From Clostridiales bacterium (GTDB taxonomy: Bacteria > Bacillota > Clostridia > Lachnospirales > WQUN01): 48,502 nt of DNA. Location of the stretch: NCBI GenBank assembly GCA_031282635.1, contig JAITDJ010000092.1:1-48502 (forward strand), in the 5' to 3' direction. This document shows positions 29,840-38,257 of the stretch, piece by piece; position 1 is the first letter of the stretch, and every line of letters starts with the position of its first letter. A program made the position numbers and the translations under genes. The notes under the pieces are model-generated. The model worked only from the letters and a program-made list of their open reading frames with translations, searched no databases and was not told the DNA's origin.

Positions 29840-31414
29840 ATGAAAAGATGGTTAGCTCTTGGTTTAGCGGTTTTATTGTCGGCCGGCTGTACGTCGTCCG
29901 CCAACTCCGGAGGCTCGTCCGCGAGCGCGCCCGCGGCGACGGGCGGCGCCGATATTCAGACGGATGAAATTCAGACGGATGAAACCGGACTTAAACCCGT
30001 GGACTTAGTGTATTATATACGCGCCGCTGAACAGGATAATGCCGCTCCGGTGCAAGCCGCCATGGACGTTTATTTTAAAGAAAAGCTCAACTGCACCGTT
30101 AAAATCATTCCCATTAACGAATGGGCCACTAAGATGCCGCTGGTTTTATCTTCCGGCGAGCAAGTGGATTTAACCTTCGATCAGGCCAATACCGGATATT
30201 ATACGAATGTGTCCAACAATATGTATCTGCCGCTGGACGACCTGTTGAATCAATACGGCCAGGGTATCTTGGAACAGATAAACGTGAACTGTCCCGGCCT
30301 TATTGACGCGCCTAAGGTAAACGGGGTTCTTTATGGAATACCCTGTGAAAAGCAGACCGCGCAGTGTGAGGCGTGGTATTTCAGAAAAGATATTGCCGAC
30401 GAGATTGGCCTGGATGCGGACAAGCTGGTCAGCTTGCAGGATCTTGAGCCTTTCCTGGCTAAAATTAAAGAGACGCGCCCTGAAATGACGCCCTATTATG
30501 TGTCGGCAGGCACGGGCGTCAATCAGGAATGGATTACGGACGCCATTCGGGATAACCCGGAAAAATACGAGGAGCTTAATGGCGCCGTAAACTTGCTGAT
30601 AGTGGATTTGGAATCTGATACAGTGCTGAATCACTATGAGACCGAGTGGGATGTTGACCGATACCAGACGCTGAAATCCTGGCAGGATAAGGGTTATATC
30701 AATACAGACGCCGCGACAACCACCACAGCCGCCGCCGATATATTCCGCGCGGGCAAAACATGGTTTGTAGGCGGCGGCGGCGCTCCTACCACTATGAGTT
30801 CATACGAAACCGGTTATGGCACAATGTTCTATCGCTGGCGCTCGACAGGTCCTATTGTAAACACATATCAGAATACGACGGCTTTAACATGCGTCACGCG
30901 CACCACCGCAGACGCCGAACGCGCGATGATGGTTTTGAACCTGTTCCATACGGATCCTGTTATCGTCAATCTTTTTAATTCCGGGATAGAAGGCGTGAAT
31001 TACGTTATTGACGAGAACGGTCGTTTCGCGCTTCCTGAAGGCGCGGCGTCACGCGCCGATACAGGGTATAACTATGGTTTTGATACGTTCTTTGGCAATA
31101 TGTTCTTAAACTCGCTTTGGAATACCGACAAAGAGGACAGGTATGACGAGCTGCGCGGTTATAACCAGTCCGCCAGGCAGAGCAAAATAATGGGTTTTTA
31201 TGTGGATATGTCCGCTATAGTAAATGAATACGCCGCCGTCGAGGCCGTGCGCACGCAGTATGCCCCATTGCTGAAGGCCGGCGTTGTATCTGATGTTCAA
31301 GCCGCCTTAAAGGAAATGAATGATAAGATGTACGCCAACGGGCTGCAGAAGATTATAGACGAAGCACAGAGGCAATACGACGCTTTCGTTGCGGCCGGGG
31401 GTAAGAAATCATAG
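29840..31414 (+). CDS. Extracellular solute-binding lipoprotein (LplA-like, ~520 aa)
   Basis: Lipobox 'LLSAGC'. Size and position downstream of the LplB/C-like permeases. Confidence 0.8.
   Translation: MKRWLALGLAVLLSAGCTSSANSGGSSASAPAATGGADIQTDEIQTDETGLKPVDLVYYIRAAEQDNAAPVQAAMDVYFKEKLNCTVKIIPINEWATKMPLVLSSGEQVDLTFDQANTGYYTNVSNNMYLPLDDLLNQYGQGILEQINVNCPGLIDAPKVNGVLYGIPCEKQTAQCEAWYFRKDIADEIGLDADKLVSLQDLEPFLAKIKETRPEMTPYYVSAGTGVNQEWITDAIRDNPEKYEELNGAVNLLIVDLESDTVLNHYETEWDVDRYQTLKSWQDKGYINTDAATTTTAAADIFRAGKTWFVGGGGAPTTMSSYETGYGTMFYRWRSTGPIVNTYQNTTALTCVTRTTADAERAMMVLNLFHTDPVIVNLFNSGIEGVNYVIDENGRFALPEGAASRADTGYNYGFDTFFGNMFLNSLWNTDKEDRYDELRGYNQSARQSKIMGFYVDMSAIVNEYAAVEAVRTQYAPLLKAGVVSDVQAALKEMNDKMYANGLQKIIDEAQRQYDAFVAAGGKKS
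29954..29983 (+). repeat. Perfect 2 x 15-bp in-frame tandem duplication (attcagacggatgaa; IQTDE IQTDE)
   Basis: Read directly; lies in the linker after the lipobox of the binding protein. Confidence 0.9.
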
Positions 31415-31439
31415 ATTTTCTATATCATAGATTTTCTAT
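31408..31439. repeat. Perfect 2 x 16-bp tandem repeat (atcatagattttctat), with a third partial copy at 31455-31464
   Basis: Read directly. The first copy contains the stop codon of the binding-protein gene. Confidence 0.9.
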
Positions 31440-31505
31440 TGATAAAAGAATCGTATTTTCTATTGACAAAATAACCGCTATAGGTTACTGTATTTATATG
31501 CAACG

Positions 31506-31539
31506 GCGCTGTCCACATTTGTGGCGGCGCTTATTTTTT
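31506..31539 (+). terminator. Probable intrinsic terminator of first ABC operon
   Basis: Imperfect GC-rich stem gcgctgtccac/gtggcggcgc followed by ttatttttt. Confidence 0.5.
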
Positions 31540-31968
31540 GCCCATTTGCCCCCATAAGGGGGAATTATGGGGCTTTCCGTCCGGACGCGCAAGCAGGCCG
31601 CGCCGACGGAGAGATTCCGCGCCGGTTAAACGAGTGAGAGCGATAAGGTCAAGGGGGCTGAACTGTGGACGGAGACAATTTTTTGTAAAAGTCTTCTGAA
31701 GATAAAATAATTTAATAAATATTTCTTGACATGAGGGGTTTATGATGATAGCATTGTATAAAACAACTATGGTTTATGCTCGGCAGCGTTTAAATTTCTA
31801 TATTTTTATAGCTATATGAGTCATTAATATCAAAGATAGAAAAATTGTAAACAGCCCCGATAAAAATCCCGAACAGAATATAGGACATTGTGGCTTATGC
31901 TGCGCCGCGCCTCTATTGTTCGTAAAACCTGTATTGAACGAATAATTATATGGTAGTATTCGTATAAT

Positions 31969-32010
31969 AATATTCGTTTATTAATATTTGTTTGTTAATA
32001 TTTGTTTGTT
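31969..32010. repeat. 3 x 14-bp tandem repeat (aatattcgtttatt / aatatttgtttgtt / aatatttgtttgtt)
   Basis: Read directly; lies in the AT-rich region upstream of the second ABC operon. Confidence 0.85.
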
Positions 32011-32087
32011 ATTTTATTATTAAATTAAGATATTAAAATATATGAAATTAAAAAAAACCTTACTAAGAAGGTTTGGGGGGGGCGTTT

Positions 32088-33044
32088 ATGGATGGGTTGT
32101 TGAGTAACGTGTCCAGCCGGAAGAAATGGCGTTTCGGATCGGACAATACAGAGCTGGCCTTGCTTGGCTTGCCGGTTGTAGCGTGGTTTGCGCTATTTTC
32201 ATATTTGCCTATGTTTGGCGTAATCATCGCGTTTAAACGCTATCGCCCGCTGGGCGCTAACTTTTTAGACAGCCTGCTTAAGAGCGAGTGGATGGGTTTT
32301 GATAACTTCAAATTCCTTTTCAAAACGCCGGACGCATTTTTGATCATCCGTAACACAATCATGTATAATCTGGCGTTTATTGTCACAAGCATTCTGATAT
32401 CCGTCACGCTTGCCGTAATGATCTCTCAGCTTCATTCCGCTAAATTTGCCAAAACCTGCCAAACCATGATGTTCCTGCCTCATTTTCTCTCCTGGGTGGT
32501 TGTGGGCTATTTTGTGTTCGCTTTCCTCAGCGCCGATAAGGGGCTTGTGAACCAGATCCTTAAGAGCGCAGGAAAAAAGCCTGTTCAATGGTATACGCAA
32601 GCGCAGTATTGGCCGGGGTTGCTTATACTTGTCAATACTTGGAAAAAGATGGGTTACTCAATGGTGGTTTACCTCGCCAGTATCGCGGGTATTGACGCAA
32701 GCCTTTATGAGGCGGCGGCTATTGACGGCGGAACCAAGTGGCAGCAGATTCGTCATATCACGCTTCCTCTGCTGACGCCTATCATAACGATTATGTTTAT
32801 TATGGCGGTGGGGCAGATATTCACTTCGGATTTTGGTTTGTTTTACAACGTGCCCAGGCGCTCCGGGACGCTCTATAATTTAACCCAAACAATAGACCTC
32901 TACGTTTACAATGCGCTGACGCAGCGCAATAACATCGGCTTCGCCTCCGCCGCCAGCGTTACCCAGTCTGTGGTGGGTTTGATCACGATTGTCAGCGCCA
33001 ACCAGTTGGTACGAAAATTGGCGCCTGAAAATTCTCTGTTCTAG
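32088..33044 (+). CDS. Carbohydrate ABC transporter permease (LplB-like, paralogue 2)
   Basis: 'FSYLPMFGVIIAFK', 'LYEAAAIDGGTKWQQIRHITLP'. ATG 32088 lies 5 nt after a G8 tract; the ORF is open from TTG 32073. Confidence 0.85.
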   Translation: MDGLLSNVSSRKKWRFGSDNTELALLGLPVVAWFALFSYLPMFGVIIAFKRYRPLGANFLDSLLKSEWMGFDNFKFLFKTPDAFLIIRNTIMYNLAFIVTSILISVTLAVMISQLHSAKFAKTCQTMMFLPHFLSWVVVGYFVFAFLSADKGLVNQILKSAGKKPVQWYTQAQYWPGLLILVNTWKKMGYSMVVYLASIAGIDASLYEAAAIDGGTKWQQIRHITLPLLTPIITIMFIMAVGQIFTSDFGLFYNVPRRSGTLYNLTQTIDLYVYNALTQRNNIGFASAASVTQSVVGLITIVSANQLVRKLAPENSLF

Positions 33045-33063
33045 ACAAGAAGGGAGTAACCAT

Positions 33064-34017
33064 ATGGACAATCAAGGAACTGTCCGGGTATTTAAAGACG
33101 ACGGAGATTCATGCGGTATGAATCGTTTCAACAGGATCTCCGTCCCCGCGAACACGGCCTTCTCAATTTTATTCATCCTGCTTGCCCTGATTTGCGTTAT
33201 CCCCTTGGTGTTTGTCGTTATAATCTCTTTATCTTCTGACGCGTCAATCCAGAAGGCAGGGTATACTTTTATGCCTATTGAGTGGACGACGGGGGCTTAT
33301 TTATATCTCATTCATACGGGGAATACGGTAAGCCAGGCTTTTTTAGTTTCCATCGGCGTTACGCTGACAGGCACCGTTATAGGTCTGCTGCTTAACTCCT
33401 CCATGGGGTATGTGCTGTCACGTCCCTCGTTTAAGCTTAAAAAGCTCTATACTATGATTATTTTTATTCCTATGTTGTTTTCAGGCGGCATGGTGGCGTC
33501 GTATATGGTAAACTCTCAACTGCTGGGGCTGTTAAACAGTTATGGCGCGCTGATTCTTCCCATTGCGGTCACACCGTTTTACATCATAATTCTGCGTACT
33601 TTTTTTCAAACCACCGTGCCTGATTCCGTCGTTGAATCTGCTAAGATAGACGGCGCCTCCCAGCTGCTGACGTTTTTTCGCATTGTGATGCCCATCTCAA
33701 AGCCGGCGCTGGCCACTATCGGGCTGTTTCTCTCTTTTGCCTATTGGAATGATTGGTTCCAGGCCCTGCTCTACATCAAGTCGGATCACAGCTATATGTA
33801 TCCGTTGCAGTATGTGTTGATCGGCATTGAACGCAACATTGATTTTCTTGTGCGCAATACACAGTATTTCAGCGCATCCATGTCGGGCGGGCGCATACCC
33901 ACCGAATCGGCGCGCATGGCTCTGGTTGTAATCGCCGTCCTGCCTATTGCCTGCTCCTATCCGTTTTTCCAGAAATATTTTATTTCTGGCCTGACGATAG
34001 GCGCGGTAAAGGGATGA
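33064..34017 (+). CDS. Carbohydrate ABC transporter permease (LplC-like, paralogue 2)
   Basis: 'ESAKIDGASQLLTFFRIVMPIS'. ATG 33064 follows the RBS aagggag. Confidence 0.85.
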   Translation: MDNQGTVRVFKDDGDSCGMNRFNRISVPANTAFSILFILLALICVIPLVFVVIISLSSDASIQKAGYTFMPIEWTTGAYLYLIHTGNTVSQAFLVSIGVTLTGTVIGLLLNSSMGYVLSRPSFKLKKLYTMIIFIPMLFSGGMVASYMVNSQLLGLLNSYGALILPIAVTPFYIIILRTFFQTTVPDSVVESAKIDGASQLLTFFRIVMPISKPALATIGLFLSFAYWNDWFQALLYIKSDHSYMYPLQYVLIGIERNIDFLVRNTQYFSASMSGGRIPTESARMALVVIAVLPIACSYPFFQKYFISGLTIGAVKG

Positions 34018-34136
34018 AGCCTCGGCGTTACGATATAAGCGTCAATAATGTCTCTCTTGTGACGCGCTCCGCGGCGTAAACGGAACGAAAATTCGTTCGC
34101 GCCGTCAGATTTATAAAAAGATGGAGGTACAAACCA

Positions 34137-35720
34137 GTGGTAAAAGGAACAAGTAACAAGGGCGCCATTTTGCTCGCGGCGCTGTTGAGTTTGGCCATGC
34201 TTCTCTCGGCGTGTTCCGGAGGCGGTACGCAGACGTCCGCTACCCAGCCGGCAGACAGCGCCGCGACTCAGGCTCAAACAAGCGAAAGCGCGGCGCCGGC
34301 TCAAACAGATGAGGGCGCGGCGGGTGACGTAACAGAATTGATTTGGCTTATGGGCGACCCCGGCACAATCCCGGCCGATCAGGCCAGAGTGGAAGAAGAG
34401 CTGAATAAAATCAGCGAGGAGAAGCTGGGCGTCAGAATGAAAACTATTTACTACAAGGACGAATCTGTCAAGCTGGCCCTTTCGGCGGGGGAAGAATGGG
34501 ATATAGCTTTCACCTGCGAATGGTACAACAATTACGCTGTCCAGGCGGCGGCCGGTTACTTCGCTGATCTGACAGAGAAGATCAAGACTGTAACCCCGGA
34601 TCTCTATGCTACCATGCCCGATGTTGTGTGGGAAGGGGCCAAAGTGAGCGGTAAGATCTTCGCGATACCCGTAAAGAAAGACTACGCCGCTGAGATGTTC
34701 GCCATTTTTGATAAGGCTCTTTACGAGGATTTGGGTATGGAGATTACCCCTACAATGGATTGGTACGATCTGGATAAGTATCTGAAAGCGGCCAAGGAAG
34801 CGTTCGAAGCGGGCAATCCCCTCGCTAAGGGGGAATATCCGGCGGGCAGCACCTACAAAGCCGGTTTCGAGGGCCCTTTCAGGGATTATGACATGATAAA
34901 CCGCGATATTATGATTGGCATACCTTACTCGGCCGTGGGCACGCCCGATGAAAACAAAGTAATATTCGTTCCCACTGATCCAGTGGCTTTTGATATGTTG
35001 AAAGTGGTGCACAGATGGTTTGAGGAGGGCTATATACCTCCGGACGCCATGACTTTGGAAAGCGTTCCGCCCACTACATGGTACGCCGTATCATGCGGAC
35101 AGGGATTCTATGGCGCGGACGCAATCTGGAGCGGCGGCGTGGGGTATCCGGTCGAAATATCCCGCTTCAGCGGTCCGTATCTGTCTACAGCCAGTATACG
35201 CGGAGCTATGAACGCTATAAACGCCAAGTCTAAAAACATTGATCTGGCGCTGAAGTATCAGGAATTGGTCAATACGGATCAAACATACCGGGATATTCTC
35301 CGTTACGGCATTGAAGGCACGCATTGGAACAAAACTGCCGAAGGATTGGCTCAACGCACCGATGAGGGCCGCTCCGGTTATCAGCCGTGGCCGTTCTCCC
35401 AGGGTTCTTACTCTTTGTCAACGGTCGAAGCGGCGGAAGGGGTTAGTGTGGATCCCGATATGTGGAACGTCATATTCGACGGATATAAAGATGCGGTAGC
35501 CACTAATTCGATAGGATTCTCTTTTGACCCAGTCAACGTGGAGACAGAGCTTGCCGCCTGTGCGGCCACCTATAAGAAATATCTGGATGGGCTGGTGACG
35601 GGCACAACGGATCCCGAAACGGAAGTGCCCAGACTGTTAGATGAAATGAACGCTTCCGGCCTGGAAAAGGTTATTGCCGAATGCCAGGCGCAGTTGGACG
35701 CCTTCGTGGCGAATAAATAA
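34137..35720 (+). CDS. Extracellular solute-binding lipoprotein (LplA-like, paralogue 2)
   Basis: Lipobox 'LLSAC'. GTG start after GGAGG. ~527 aa. Confidence 0.8.
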   Translation: MVKGTSNKGAILLAALLSLAMLLSACSGGGTQTSATQPADSAATQAQTSESAAPAQTDEGAAGDVTELIWLMGDPGTIPADQARVEEELNKISEEKLGVRMKTIYYKDESVKLALSAGEEWDIAFTCEWYNNYAVQAAAGYFADLTEKIKTVTPDLYATMPDVVWEGAKVSGKIFAIPVKKDYAAEMFAIFDKALYEDLGMEITPTMDWYDLDKYLKAAKEAFEAGNPLAKGEYPAGSTYKAGFEGPFRDYDMINRDIMIGIPYSAVGTPDENKVIFVPTDPVAFDMLKVVHRWFEEGYIPPDAMTLESVPPTTWYAVSCGQGFYGADAIWSGGVGYPVEISRFSGPYLSTASIRGAMNAINAKSKNIDLALKYQELVNTDQTYRDILRYGIEGTHWNKTAEGLAQRTDEGRSGYQPWPFSQGSYSLSTVEAAEGVSVDPDMWNVIFDGYKDAVATNSIGFSFDPVNVETELAACAATYKKYLDGLVTGTTDPETEVPRLLDEMNASGLEKVIAECQAQLDAFVANK

Positions 35721-35747
35721 TATATATTCTTTGAAATATAGTCTTTG

Positions 35748-35781
35748 AAGGGGAGAAAACAGTCGCGTGTTTTCTCCCCTT
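35748..35781 (+). other. Perfect 13-bp stem-loop without U-tract between the binding-protein gene and the downstream operon
   Basis: aaggggagaaaac (35748-35760) pairs with gttttctcccctt (35769-35781) around an 8-nt loop. Neither strand has a T-run after the stem. Confidence 0.7.
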
Positions 35782-35787
35782 GAGTGA

Positions 35788-35821
35788 GAGTCCATAATCA
35801 TAAAGAGTCCATAACCATAAA
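35788..35821. repeat. 2 x 17-bp tandem repeat (gagtccataaTcataaa / gagtccataaCcataaa) abutting the RBS
   Basis: Read directly. It ends 1 nt before the ggaggg RBS region of the amidohydrolase gene. Confidence 0.9.
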
Positions 35822-35833
35822 TGGAGGGCAAAA

Positions 35834-37090
35834 ATGGCGGAGCAACAGAAGAAATACGATCTTCTGATCGCGAACGGTCAGGTAATAGATCCGGCCAACG
35901 GGTTGAACGCCCGGCTGGATGTGGCGGTAAATGAAGGCGTTATCGTGACAGTGGCGCGCGGGATACCAAAAGAGGACGCGAAAATCGTTATCGACGTGAA
36001 GGGCAGTTATGTAACCCCCGGGCTTATTGACATTCACACGCATGTATATCCTTTGCTTCCATCGCCGAGCAGGCTTTACGCCATAGAACCCGACTCCCAC
36101 ATGCTGAGATCCGGCGTTACGACGGCAGTTGACGTGGGAACCGCGGGCTGGCGGGATTTTTTGGATTTCAAAGAATCAATCATCGACACGTCCCAGGTCA
36201 GGGTGTTAGCCATGCTCAACGTGGCTGCGGGCGGCATGGTGAGGATGATTTCGGAGCAGACGCCCTCCGATATGCACCCTGAGATTACCGCAGCGGTCGC
36301 GAAACAATACCCTGATATTATCGTAGGCGTTAAAGCCGCGCATTATTGGGCAGGCAAACCCTTTGACGACATACACGTCCCCTGGGCCTCGGTGGACAGC
36401 GGGCTTAAAGCGGCGGGGCTGGCCGATCTGCCTTTTATGATAGATTTTTGCCCTAACTACGAGTCTCCGGGGCGTTCTTATGAAGAGCTGGTTCTGGAGA
36501 AGCTGAGGCCCGGCGATATACATACGCATGTATTCGCCAAGCAATTCCCCATTGTGGATGATAACGGAAAAGTATTGCCGCACATGCGGAAAGCGCGCGA
36601 GCGCGGCGTATATTTTGACGTGGGGCACGGTGCGGGCAGTTTCTGGTTCCGCAACGGCAAGCGCGCGTTGGACGACGGTTTCGCGCCGGACACGCTCTCC
36701 ACGGATATGCACTATGCCAGCGTGAAGCCCGCGGGGCTGGATCAACTTCTGCTGATGTCGAAGTTCATGAATATGGGCATGTCTTTGGAAGACGTTATTA
36801 AGCGCTCTACCAGCGAGCCTGCCAAATTGATCCGCAGGCCCGATCTGGGTACGCTTTCTGTGGGCGCGTGCGCGGATATTGCGGTGCTGCGCGCGCTTTC
36901 GGGCGATTTTGGTTATGTGGACTGCGGAGGGGCGAGGCTTCAGGGCGACAGCCGTCTCGATTGTCAGCTTACAATCCGTGAGGGTAATGTGGCGTACGAC
37001 ACGAATGGTCTTTCTATGCCGGATTGGCGGGAAGCGCCGGAGGAGTACTGGAAAATGCCCTTCCTGCCCGGACCCGGGCAAAAAGCGTGA
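35834..37090 (+). CDS. Amidohydrolase-superfamily metallohydrolase (deacylase/dihydroorotase-like)
   Basis: 'GLIDIHTHVY' HxH metal motif, later 'GDIHTHVF' and 'YFDVGHG', C-terminal 'GACADIAVL'. Confidence 0.8.
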   Translation: MAEQQKKYDLLIANGQVIDPANGLNARLDVAVNEGVIVTVARGIPKEDAKIVIDVKGSYVTPGLIDIHTHVYPLLPSPSRLYAIEPDSHMLRSGVTTAVDVGTAGWRDFLDFKESIIDTSQVRVLAMLNVAAGGMVRMISEQTPSDMHPEITAAVAKQYPDIIVGVKAAHYWAGKPFDDIHVPWASVDSGLKAAGLADLPFMIDFCPNYESPGRSYEELVLEKLRPGDIHTHVFAKQFPIVDDNGKVLPHMRKARERGVYFDVGHGAGSFWFRNGKRALDDGFAPDTLSTDMHYASVKPAGLDQLLLMSKFMNMGMSLEDVIKRSTSEPAKLIRRPDLGTLSVGACADIAVLRALSGDFGYVDCGGARLQGDSRLDCQLTIREGNVAYDTNGLSMPDWREAPEEYWKMPFLPGPGQKA

Positions 37091-37108
37091 TATGGAGGTT
37101 GCACGACT

Positions 37109-38227
37109 ATGAGTATTTATGATAAACTTGGGGTGAAGCGGTATATAAACGCGGCTGCGACGCTTACACGTTACGGGGGTTCCATAATGCCGGAGGAAGT
37201 GCTGCGCGCTATGAGCGAAGCCGCCGGCAGCTATGTGGATATCCTGGAACTGCATAAGAAAGCCGGGGACTATATAGCGAAGCTGACGCGCAACGAAGCC
37301 GCTTTTGTGCCGAACGGCGCGGCGACGGGCATTATGCTGGCCACGGCGGCGTGCGTGGCGGGCGATGATATGGAGAAACGGCAGAAGCTTCCGTTTTCCG
37401 ACGGTATGAAAAATGAGATTATTCTGTCGCAGGCTGGGAGGGTCGCGTATGATTACGCTATTAAGATGGGCGGCGGCAGATATGTGCCATACGGCGACGA
37501 AAACAGCGGTACAATCGAGCAGATTGAAGCCGCGATCACTCCGAATACCGCGGCGATTTTTGTGTTCTATTTCGAGCACCGCATGGGGAATCAGCCTGAT
37601 CTTGAAGCCCAGATAAAAATCGCGAAGAAACACGGTATATATCTATTCGTGGACGCGGCGGCGCAGCTTCCGAGGCGTGAGAACCTCTGGCGATTCACGC
37701 AAGCCGGCGCGGATTTGGCGATATTCAGCGGAGGCAAGGGGCTTCGGGGCCCGCAGGCCAGCGGGCTGATAGTGGGCCGCAAGGATCTGATGGATCGGAT
37801 TTTGACGATTGCCAGCCCGAACGGGGGGATCGGCCGCCCCATGAAAGTGGGCAAGGAAGAGATTGTCGGGCTTATGACGGCGGTAAAACTCTATATGGAG
37901 CATGATGAGGAAGCTGAGCTGGCAGATTATGAGCGGCAGGTTAAACAGGTTATAGAGGCTTTTGCCGGAGACGGCGGCGTGGAGGTTACGCGTTCATTCC
38001 CCAGCGAGGCGGGGCAGCCAATGCCGCGCGCGCAAATAAAGCTGTCGCGTGACGCCTTTAAAATTGAAGCGCAAAAGTTGGCTGAACAGCTGAGAGACGG
38101 AGAGCCCGGTGTACTTGTCTCAGGGCATGGGGATATTATGGAAATCAACCCGCAGACACTGCTGGACGGTGAAATGGGCATTGTGATCGACAGGCTTAAA
38201 CAGGTTTTAAACGCGAACCGCGTATAA
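37109..38227 (+). CDS. SelA-like PLP-dependent enzyme (DgaE / amino-sugar-acid ammonia-lyase-like)
   Basis: 'GVKRYINAAATLTRYGGS' and 'DLAIFSGGKGLRGPQASGLIVGRKDL', with the Lys in the SelA-type PLP context. Confidence 0.7.
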   Translation: MSIYDKLGVKRYINAAATLTRYGGSIMPEEVLRAMSEAAGSYVDILELHKKAGDYIAKLTRNEAAFVPNGAATGIMLATAACVAGDDMEKRQKLPFSDGMKNEIILSQAGRVAYDYAIKMGGGRYVPYGDENSGTIEQIEAAITPNTAAIFVFYFEHRMGNQPDLEAQIKIAKKHGIYLFVDAAAQLPRRENLWRFTQAGADLAIFSGGKGLRGPQASGLIVGRKDLMDRILTIASPNGGIGRPMKVGKEEIVGLMTAVKLYMEHDEEAELADYERQVKQVIEAFAGDGGVEVTRSFPSEAGQPMPRAQIKLSRDAFKIEAQKLAEQLRDGEPGVLVSGHGDIMEINPQTLLDGEMGIVIDRLKQVLNANRV

Positions 38228-38257
38228 GCGATACTTGTTAAAGAAGCGGAGGTAATT

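Noticed and set aside
31408-32010. The tandem repeats in the spacer region as a possible CRISPR array or minisatellite-type mobile element.
   Set aside because: The units are 14-16 bp, directly abutting with no spacers, in only 2-3 copies, and differ in sequence from each other. No cas genes or terminal inverted repeats are present.
33957-35012. A 351-aa minus-strand ORF opposite the second solute-binding protein gene.
   Set aside because: It is a shadow ORF: it has no motifs or RBS, and the plus-strand gene has a lipobox and operon context.
36206-37633. A 475-aa ORF on the minus strand spanning the amidohydrolase and SelA-like genes.
   Set aside because: It is antisense to two plus-strand genes with clear family motifs and RBSs. 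Its translation is Arg/His/Pro-rich and low in complexity, with no motif and no RBS. This is typical of a shadow ORF opposite GC-rich third codon positions.
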